Shown here piece by piece: positions 12,330 to 22,200 of a stretch of DNA of 64,000 bases. The stretch lies in NCBI GenBank assembly GCA_964106645.2, contig OZ067043.1; one strand, given 5' to 3'. A program made the translations under genes and the position numbers. The stretch comes from Podarcis pityusensis. Its lineage: Eukaryota. Every line of letters starts with the position of its first letter. The first letter of the stretch is position 1. A model generated the notes under the pieces. It was given only the letters and a program-made list of their open reading frames with translations. It did not search any database and had not been told where the DNA came from.

Positions 12330-13570
12330 TCCCTTCCTACGCTCGCCCGCCACGAACTTTGCTAGGTGCGCGGCGAAGATCCCTGTTAACAGGAGCGCCG
12401 GCCAGGGGGAAAACGTAAGGCGACCCTTGCAGGATCAGGCCACGGGCTGAGGGGGAGGCCTCCCAAGCCCGGCCTCCTGCTCTCTCACAGGTGCCTCTGG
12501 GAAGCCCACGAGCAGAGCAAGGAGGCAGAGCGAGCAGGCTGGAAGAGCCCGGGACGGACAGGAGGGAAGGCGGGTCGGAGTCGAAAGAAGTGGGGAGTGG
12601 TGGGTCTTCAAGCCAGCTCCCCACGGACCCCTTCCCCTAAAGAACAGGAGGCAGAGCCTGGCAGCCTCGAGCCCCCCACCTGCCAGCAGCCCACCCGCGC
12701 CCCCCACCCCGGCCACCGCTCCGAGGGGCCTGAGCCTCGTCTCCCGCGTCCCGTCCACAGGCCCAACCCCAAGCGCAGGCCCGGCCGAGGCCTCTCCCCT
12801 CCCACATACCCCAGCGCCGCGGTAGGAGTGGCGGGCGGGGGGCGGCTGGGAGGGACGCCCGCCTTGCCTGCCTGCCCGGCTGCCCACCCGCCCGCTGCTT
12901 CTCCGCCCCTCACCTGGCGGTTGTTTTGGGCTGCGGCTCCCGGGCCGGCTCGTCTTGGCGGGCGGGCCGTGGGGCGGCTCAGTCCATGGGCAGCTGGCAG
13001 GCCGAAGAGGGGGGGGTCCGGGGAAAGGGGGGGGAAGGCGAGCGAGTCGCGGCGGCGGCAGACACAGGGCAAACACTAAAGAGAATGAGCGGGGCCAGCT
13101 CCGGCCGGGAAGGAAGTGACGGCACCACGCGACGGCGTGTGGGGGGGAGGAGGAGGAGCCAACCAGGCCTCTCGTAGCTATTTATAGCGCCGCCCAGCGC
13201 GGAGCGCGCCGCCAATCCGGGCGCGGGCCGGCTTCTCCGGCCGGCGGGACTACTCCTCCCGGCATGCCCCGCGGCTGTCACTTAGGCGGCCCGTCGGAGT
13301 CTCCAGCTCTCCCTCCCCCCGCTTTCCCCTTTGCGAAGGAGGCGAGACTACATTTCCCAGCATGCTGCGCTCGCAGGGGAAGTGACAGCTCTGCCGCCAC
13401 GCGCTTTCCAACCAGAAACCCCGGGACTCCCGGCGGCAGCCGCGCCTGAGGACGCGTGGAGGGAGGTAGTGGGGCCCCGCGCAGCGGGGAATGCGAGGCA
13501 TGTGAGCTGGGAGGAAACAATTCCTGTCGGGTCCCCCAGGTTGGCCCTCGCGGGAGGTCCCAGGTGGACA
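12330..13570 (-). promoter_or_regulatory. CpG-island promoter of a minus-strand gene extending off the left edge
   Basis: Very GC/CpG-rich; minus-strand TATAAATA 13186-13179; CCAAT 13212; ETS GGAAGT 13112; two ACTAC..TCCC..CATGC (ZNF143/SBS-type) motifs at 13249 and 13347. Confidence 0.85.
12914..13155 (-). other. Non-coding first exon of the left-hand gene (STAU1 is the synteny candidate, unconfirmed)
   Basis: Begins about 30 nt after the TATA box; ends at a strong CAG|GTGAGG donor at 12913; its only ATG opens a 2-codon uORF. Confidence 0.65.
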
Positions 13571-14947
13571 TGCTTGTTTTTCTTTCTCAGCTGAGAAGAC
13601 CAGTGAAGGGCAACGAGGCTTTGCTTACGGAGAATTGCACCCTGTGTTCCGTTCCTCTTAAAGATAGCGGGTGCAACGACCTGAATGAACTGTTTTCGGA
13701 GTCTGGAGTAGATTTAGGACGAAGAAGGAAACAAAGGTGACAGTCCAGCATTGTAAAATTTTGGTATCTGTTATTTCGCGGTTAAGTTTTGGACGAATGA
13801 AGAACCTGGATGGCAGGACTCCTTAATAAACAACCATTATTTGAGATAGGAATTATTTCTCTGGAATCCCAGTTTTGCTCTAAGCAGCACCGACGTCCTC
13901 CTTTTATTGAATTCTTAAGGCACCAACCAACAGGTCCGCAGATACGTATTGTGCTTCTTTGCATAAAGCAGGCGTGGGGACCCGGTGCCCCCCTCTCCCA
14001 GACGTTGTTGACCCATAACTCCTTTCATCCCTGATCTTTGGCCACGCTGGCTGGGGCTGATGGGAGCTGGAGTCCAAGAATACCTAGAGGGGCGGCGCTT
14101 TACCATCTCAGGCTTAAAGATTGCTTCATTCCGCGTACTCTTCCTGAATCATAAAAGTGAATACATTGCAGCGCCATAAAATCCTCTCCTTTTTGAAACT
14201 GTGGCCTGAATCATCAGATTTGACCTCCAGATCAGTAAGAGATCACTTTCGCTCTGGGAACGCAAGATTCCGGGTGGGGGGAGATAATTTTCTAATTAAT
14301 TTTCTAATTAAGCTAGATCAAAAACTCTCGCACCACTCTTTCAAGCAATACAGAGTTTGCAATTGCAGCCTTATCTATGGAACGGACTGGAAGATTACAG
14401 CATTCGCTGCATGTGTTTTCTGACTCCTAGGGGTTTGTAGTGCCTCCTTTCCGTCAAGCTCCGACTAAAACTTGAGAAAGTACGTAACTGTGGGTGCTGG
14501 GTATTGTAGTCTTTTACGCAGTAGTACTGGAAGCCGCTGAGCCAAGCATGCTGCTCTATTTAAAGCAAGTCGGCCCCCCCAAGGAGCTTCCGCAAAGTGC
14601 TTATGTGGCAAATGAGTGGGCGAGAGCTTACAGGCTGCGCGCTGCCGCATGTCCTAATAGTGTTAGCTGAGAACATGATTGGCGATAGAGACTGCCGCAA
14701 AACCTGCCCCACGCATTCTAGCTGTGTTATTTCAGACATTCCTTTAAGCAGAACGGACTTTTTAGCACTGTACAGGAGTGGGAGAACTTCAGGCTTGTCA
14801 AATCTACTTTGCTGCTTTTCTCCTGGAACCCCGACCAGTCAAAACCAGGCACAAAAGACACACATTGGAATTAAAGAAGAGAGTTGCCTCTGAGCCTAGC
14901 CTAGGGATTTGTTTTTAGTACCAGAACCAACCTGAATTCAAAAGTCC

Positions 14948-14949
<2 letters not shown>

Positions 14950-14976
<27 letters not shown>
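14950..14976. repeat. (AC)n microsatellite
   Basis: Direct reading. Confidence 0.9.
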
Positions 14977-14978
<2 letters not shown>

Positions 14979-15027
14979 CCACTTTCTTAGTTTTCATTTC
15001 AGCAACCTAACCTTATATAATTACTCA

Positions 15028-15335
15028 TGTTCTTAACATTTGGTGGGAGGGGGTTCCACAGGATGGGTGCCACTACCAAGAAGGCTCTCTGCCTGGTTCC
15101 CTGTAGCTTCACTTCTCACAGTGTGGGAACCTCCAGAAGGCTCTTGGAGCTGGATCTCTGGGCTGAACGATGGGGGTGTAGACGCTCCTTCAGGTATACG
15201 AGCCCAGGCCATTTAGGGCTTTAAAGGTCAGCACCAACACTTCGAATTGTGCTCGGAAACATACTGGGAGCTAATGTAGGTCTATCAGGACCAGTGTTAT
15301 ATGGTCTTGGCGGCTGCTTCCAGTCACCAGTCTAG
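15028..15335 (-). mobile_element. L2 LINE internal fragment
   Basis: Shares GGGCTTTAAA...ACTT.GAATTGTGCT.GGAAA with the L2 at 10.5 kb. Confidence 0.8.
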
Positions 15336-16098
15336 AACACCCTGCTCACAGTCTAAAATACGGCTGAATGGATACGTTTTCCTACCTAAGGTGGGGTAGC
15401 AAATGGCACCCCCCTCCCGGCCAAAAAGAGTCACAAAATTGGCTTAAAAGGAAAATTTCATATCAATAAGTATAGCAAACATCAAGACTACTTTTGCACC
15501 TGTCTTCTTTTCCCATAGGACTAAAGATTTGGCTGCCCCAAAGTACTGAGATAGAGCCAGAGAATTATATAGTTTAAGGTATATGTCCCATGGACCGCCA
15601 ACATTGTTCCTTTAAGGTCTTCTCCTAGCATCCATTAAGCCTCTGACCCCCTGACTGCACTTCCTGCTCTCTTGGTCATGAAGCTGGTTACCTTTTCCTT
15701 CCCGTGAATAGAGATGGAGGAGGAAGTTCAAAGAGACACTTTTTCTGGTTTCCTCTTTCAGTTCTATCTACTTTTCCAGGCTGATTAACTATACTGGATC
15801 TGACTTGGGAAAGCAAAAGATGTGCATCCAGTCTTTCAATGGGATGGACTGATCCTCAGAGGGGGGGGGGGAGAGATGTTCAGAGTGGGGACGGGACCCA
15901 AAACTACCCCCCCAAAAAAACAACCCTAAAAAAGGTTGGTGACTATATCCTATGAACAGGCACACTGTGTTCTTCCTTCTTTTTTTGGGGGGGGGGGCGT
16001 ACATTTATTAATGAATAAATTACATGTGCAACCTGATCCTATCTAGGCTCAAAAGGAAGAGTTACTGCTGTTGCCACCATCCCCAGCATCTGCTGCCT

Positions 16099-16314
16099 CC
16101 CCCTTTTCAAAAAATCTTTTTATTTAGTTTTAACAGTACAAAATTATATTAAAAAAATCAATTACATATCCATATGATTCCTCCGAATCTCAGGACTTCC
16201 CCCCACCCCTTCACTGGAGTCCCATTTTAATCATTTAAAACTGCATCTTCTCCAAACTCTTATTATTTCAATCCATATTTTCCATGGTAATTGTTACACT
16301 ACAAATGAAATCAA
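16099..16314 (-). mobile_element. L1-like 3' UTR insertion with a 14-bp target-site duplication
   Basis: AGCATCTGCTGCCT at 16085-16098 and 16315-16328; minus-strand AATAAA; GGGAAGTC motif shared with the other L1 3' ends. Confidence 0.7.
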
Positions 16315-17835
16315 AGCATCTGCTGCCTTAGGCAGGTGCCTTAGCCTAATGGTAGAGCCAGCCCTGAAAACTAAACAATGAAGATTTTTTTAAAAGGTGT
16401 AATATATTTTGCTTATGAAAGATGAGTCCCTGAAGTAGAGCTGCAGTTTAATCAACTGAAGGCTTTCCCTCTTCCTATCACTGTAGAAAAGTTATTTTCC
16501 CCCTTCTCTCTCCACATTTCAAGGTTGGTACCTGCCATCCTTTGTTCTTGGGCAGCGGAACAGGGACAGATGTTCAAAAGGTATCCCATGTGCTTGGAGG
16601 CATTGCTGCTCTGTATTGAGGAGGTGGCTTGGCGAGGAAAAAGGACAATCAGCACATGGAATATCTCCATATAAGCTGCAATTCTGCAACACTGCTTGGT
16701 TGTAAAGCCCCACTGAAATTAGTAAGCCCTCCTCAGTAGCCTGATCCAGAAACTATTAATTTCATGCTTATGCAAGTTTAATCAACCAGCATTTATTTAA
16801 TCAAGTGACAGCCCTAATAAAGCAGCACATGGGCAGAGTTAGCATTACATGCAAGTGTATATTACATATGAAACCTAAAAGGTGATCTCTCTGCCTCTTA
16901 TAGCATGATAACTTTGTGGACGGTTTTTGCTTAGAACCGGAGCTTGGGGCAAATAATTGGGAAATCCCTGCTTGTCATTTTGACTCAATTCTTTGCCCCC
17001 TTTGGGCTGCTAGGTTAAATGGTACAACAAAACAAATGACTGACTTCCTATCAGTCTCATGTCTGCATCTACCGCCTCCTACCTTGCCCTCCAGAACCAA
17101 CACTGCCTGCCCTGCTTTCCCCTTCTGGTAGAGCAGAGCCCCAGTTCTACTTTCTCCTTGGCTTGCTTTCTTCAGCACCATGGGGTTCCATCCAATGTTA
17201 TCCCTGGGGTGATGAGTAAAGGCTTCCATCAGCAGAACAGAGAGGGTAGGCTGTACCCCATTGCCTCTAGCGGTAGCATGAAGGAAAAGGCAATGAATGA
17301 TGGCACCAACCAGGAACCATCTAGAGGATGAGTTAGCTGCAGGGAACTCTCGCTTCTCTTCTTGCTGCCTGAAAGAACACTCAGCTCCAGTTGACTGTTA
17401 CACCCCAAGACTGCAAATGCAAGGAGAAAGAACACCCTGGCCCCATCCATCAGTCAAAGGAACAAAAACCACCAATTGCTTATTAAGAATGATCACTAGC
17501 AAAGGAAGATCAGCCTGGCCTGAACTGGATATAAACACCCTCTTAAACCTCATCACTTTGTTCTGACCTTGAATAACTTGATCTCCTTCCTCGATGTTTT
17601 CCTAGTCTGTTGTTTTTTCATGTTGTAAGCCTGATGTCAAGGGTTTCTCATTACTTACTTATTTGAGCCACTTGGGAACTACAAGTGTTTGAAAATTGTG
17701 ACTGAAATACAGTAAATAGATGCTTTTGTGCAAACTTATCCTAAGTTTAAAATAGAAGGTTCTTTAGACATTGGTACATGAAAACTTATTTAAAGGCCCA
17801 TTGCTACTGTCTGTGTTGCATCAGGATTCCTGGAG

Positions 17836-17837
<2 letters not shown>

Positions 17838-17871
<34 letters not shown>
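17838..17871. repeat. (AC)n microsatellite
   Basis: Direct reading. Confidence 0.9.
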
Positions 17872-17875
<4 letters not shown>

Positions 17876-18479
17876 TGAGTCCATACTAAAAAAGGAAATC
17901 AGAATACATTTGACTGTCAACTTGCTTTTTAATTGGCTCGTGTCCTATTCTTGCTGCAGAAAATGGTTTGTACTTGGTTCTTAGGTAGTCACACACTCAT
18001 GCAGTACTGAGGCCCAGACCTTCAGCAGTAGAACTGCATCATGTGCCTTCAAGACTGTTTTCTGGGCCTGGTGGTTAGAATATTCAAGTTGCATAGTAAT
18101 TATTTTTAAGGGAGTTCAAGCTGTATACAATTGTGAAGATCACTCCTATTTATATAGCACTAAATTTGTAAAGGTCATTTCAGTCTTGTTAAACATCTGA
18201 GATAAGAGTAAGAGATAATAAATTGCCTCTTTTTATTTTCTTTATTTCTGAATATCTGTAACCTTAAGCCTCCTAGGTACTCATACCACATATTAACAGC
18301 AGTGATTACACAACCCTAGACAAAATTTCAGCAAGATGCAGTTCCTCCAGAATCATTTGTTACCTTTCACTAACCAATATTAAGACTCAGCATTTCAGTG
18401 TTTAAAATATGAAATTGAAGAATACCAGCAAGTCCCAAATGCAGCTGAACACAACTGCTTAACAAGAAGCACCTGCATG

Positions 18480-19171
18480 GATTAAATCTGAGACATTTAT
18501 TTTCCACTATATTTCATAGCAATGCATTTCCTGAAAGATGGGTGGGATGTTCAAGTATGACTGAGACACTAAAGAGTCAGAATGCTGTGAAGGTGCCTCT
18601 CCAAATACAATTTTAATGTTTGTCATGAATAGTGTTAAGGTAAAGCTCAGGTGGAAAAGCAAATTAAGAAGTGCTGGGTATTGCTGGGACTAAGTGACAG
18701 TTTCTTTGCAGACAACTACAATTTATTCTACCATAGTAAGATATATATTGCTAGACAAATACTTTAAACAAGAGCTTATTTATTCACAATTCAGATAAAT
18801 TTTTTGAGACACAAAAGAAATACAAATGACAATAAACTGGAAAAAATAAGTGACAACTTGAGTTTGCATCCAGTACTCTATACATTTTAAAATGGTACCC
18901 AAACACTGCAGATGTGGAACTTCAATCAATCCCAAATGATAAACTCCTATTACTATTCCCTTTGAAAGCAAACTGGGAATGGGAAAGTCACTTGCTTCTT
19001 TACCTATGATCACATGAACAAAGTATCATTCAGCTTCTGTATCAAGCAGTAATTCAGTGATGTGTTTTTCGAAGTAGCAACTCGTTTCACCTTGTCCGAG
19101 CTTTGTTTAGAACAGTCAATATCAGCGTTCCTTGATGCAACTTTGAAATTCTCCCATTCAAAATAAAGAGG
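18480..19171 (-). other. CSE1L: CSE1L 3' UTR (end uncertain)
   Basis: Follows the stop codon; minus-strand AATAAA at 18779-18784, 18722-18727 and 18496-18501. Confidence 0.6.
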
Positions 19172-19261
19172 TCAGAGCAATGTTACACTTGCAGCCTGTA
19201 AGTATCCTTGAAGAAATTTCAAAGCTTCTGCATTCAGGCTAGTACTCAGCATCGAGGGAAC
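19172..19261 (-). CDS. CSE1L: CSE1L exon 25, coding part with TGA stop
   Basis: VPSMLSTSLNAEALKFLQGYLQAASVTLL*; 90 nt. Confidence 0.96.
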   Translation of the reverse strand, partial: VPSMLSTSLNAEALKFLQGYLQAASVTLL

Positions 19262-22200
19262 CTTTAAACACAAGATAGAGTGGCACTATTAATATGCATC
19301 TAAATTACAGTACTTTAACATACCAGCATGCAGGCATTCAGTAGTGTTTTAACATTTTAGTTTCTCCAAATCCTAAAGCGCTAATTGACTTGTGTGCATC
19401 TCAGCGTATGCTTTCATATTATAGCTTCGTCTTGCAGCCAGCACTTAAGCTATTGCCTGCATCTACACACTTTGGTATCGTCGCTGCAAACAATGCGCAG
19501 AGCTAGCACAGCCTGAATCTGTTTCTAGTCAATAAGGACCAAGGGCACTTGTAAAACTCCCTAGTCCCTCAAACCACGGGGGCGGGGGCAGTACCATGCT
19601 GCCAGGACTGTGGGAGGTTAACTTTGGATGCAAGGAAAGGGAAAAAGATGGAATCATGTATGTGGTTATCCAGTTAGTCCAACCAGCATGAAGCTAGGTG
19701 GAAAGTTATGAACACACCTCTTCACCTTCTACCTGGTGAGTTGGTGCTTGGAGCAATGCCACAACCAAGTAACCATCCAGTTGCTGACTAGTTTGACAAA
19801 TTAAGCCATATCAGAACCAGATAATCTGAAAGTGAAGCACGCTATAGAAATCGCTCTTGCAGAAGACAGGCACCCCAGTCCCCAACACATCTACAAAATC
19901 AGCACAACTGATTTCAACAGAGTGCGATTATGAGCACGTTCATTCAAGATAGCAGTCAAAAAAGGAATCTTCCAATTTTGACACACTGCGTTTTCTAGGA
20001 TAAGAGAACAGACTCAGGAGAGAGAAACGATTCCCCACATTCATAACACACACACTAGATTACAGCCACGCAATCTTACTCTGCCTGGACACGCAGTTGA
20101 TAATTTGTGAAGAGACTGTGCAAGATGGATTTTAGGATTGTTCACAATTTGGCCCACTGGATCGTGTTCTTTTTTCCCAGCAAAGGCAAGCTGGGAGAAT
20201 GCAGTTTGGTACCCTGGCGTGTCTTCTATATCAATGAAGTGTTCTTCGTCAGGAAGGGTATCATCTTCAGGCAACTCAAAGAGACCAATGAGGGCCTGAA
20301 GAAGGGGTGTCCTATGGAGAAAACCTTTTATTTAATGGACTTATTCGTTGCTCGCTGCAAAAGAATCTAAGCAACTTACAAAAATTAAAATCTTAAAGGC
20401 GTAGCACAAAAACAATATGTTACAGCAAACCATTTCAAACCACCACAGAAAACAGCCAATTTTCAGCAGCAGAATATTCTTTAGGCAGAGGACTACCTGG
20501 ATCTAGTTATCAGAGCCAGAGCAGAAACTGGCAATGGAATGGCACAAGCATTCAGAAAAACTGGAAAAAGCCTGTCCATACTCTGGCTGTTCTTCTATTT
20601 TGGACGGTGTCCAAGGAAAACAATGTACTTGCTCTTGTTTCCATTATGCTCCATACATTTATTTGTTTTCCTTATAATTCATATTTCCTCTACAATATAA
20701 CCACTGCCTTGGTATAAATGCCCCTGGAACTGTTCCTGCCAAATTCATTGATATTGTTATAATTTGGCTATTATTGGAGGAATATTGGAAAACTAATAAC
20801 AACTTATTTGGAACGGTTCCTGCCGGGAACACTTCTTATTGACAGCTGCACTCCAGCTCACCTTCTGCTCACACAAGCATTCAAGCTCTAGTCACTCCTG
20901 CTCCTGACTTGGCAATGTGGATTTTATTATTATTATTGTTGTTGTTATTTGTCTTAATCTAGAACAGGAGAACTTATATCTTATTAATACTTTTGCTCCC
21001 TGACTGAGGTGCATGGGAAAACCACTTTCAAAAGAGGAATATACAACCAAACCTATTGCTTCTCAAGTGCTAGGTGGGGACAGTGAATGGTGGACACAAA
21101 ACCAGCAGAGGGCTTAACTGCTGAGGTCTTCTCCACTGATACTGACCAGAAGCCCATATTAACAACACATAATGCGGTAACATATTCTGGTTACATATCA
21201 TTAGTAAACTTCATTACTCTGAACTATGCTAAATTGCATGTGCTTCCTGACCTCACACACACATATTCTGCAAGATTTGTATCCTGAAAACACTGTCCCT
21301 AAACTGATCCCCTAAATTCTTTCAGACACAGCAAGATTGAATTCTCACCCCCAAGTTGGAACTCTTATCCCTAACAGCACAGCATATTTTGGCCAGCATA
21401 TTTTCAAATCTTTTTTGAAATAGGAATGGAAGCAATGGAGGGAGGGAGAGGCCAACAGAGAGATTCCTTCCTTTGGCAAATATCTCTGTTGCAACTGTTT
21501 AAGCAAAAACTAGCATATTCCCTGGGTAAGATAGAAATCTTTTTTTTTAAGAGAGGAATTTCTTCTTCATCCTTAGAAGTTCTACCTTTCAATAATAAAC
21601 TTTATCAAAGAAGTAACTGCACTTACCACAGCTTTGTGTATTCTGTGTCCATCATAGGAGGGCATTCTGTGAGTATTTTTGTGATACCAACGGCACAGAT
21701 TTTCTTTTCTACTTGCCCAGATACTTTCTGTATTTCTGGTATTATGATTTTCTCTAAAACCATTCCAAACATCCTGTTAAGTGCCAAAAGAAACCCATTT
21801 AATCTTGCAGTATCCACCTAATGCATTTATTGGGTCAAGTACAGATAATTAGGGAGGCTAGAGATCCATTGACTCAGAAATCCGAACACAAATCAGGCAG
21901 ACCACTGAGCATTACCAAGGAAATGGTGTGTTATGAGTTCCTGGCTTAATCAGTATACCATGAGAGAAGAGCATTAAGAGGACTCAACATTTCTGACTGA
22001 ACAGTGACAGAGAAAAGGTGCCAAATCCAAAAAGTACCAAATTATGAGGGCATACTTAAGAGTTTGCTCCTGAGCCTTCCTTTGCCATCTTGAATTAAAG
22101 CTGCAAGTGCAAACAAAGAATCTTCCTTTGCAGCCAAAGTAGTTATATTATTATTAATTAAATTTGTATGCCACCCTATACCCGTAGATCTAAGGACAGC

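Noticed and set aside
12337-13740. Cluster of long overlapping ORFs (up to 213 aa)
   Set aside because: Pro/Gly/Arg/Ala-rich products in several frames are expected from stop-poor CpG-island DNA; no recognisable domain.
14593-14615. CAAAGTGCTTAT, similar to miR-17/20 family 5' ends
   Set aside because: No complementary arm to form a pre-miRNA hairpin, and the 3' part diverges.
20041-20079. Read-through of CSE1L exon 24 giving an alternative C-terminus VRLRGCNLVCVL
   Set aside because: A normal GTAAG donor and an intact exon 25 are present; nothing in the sequence shows retention.
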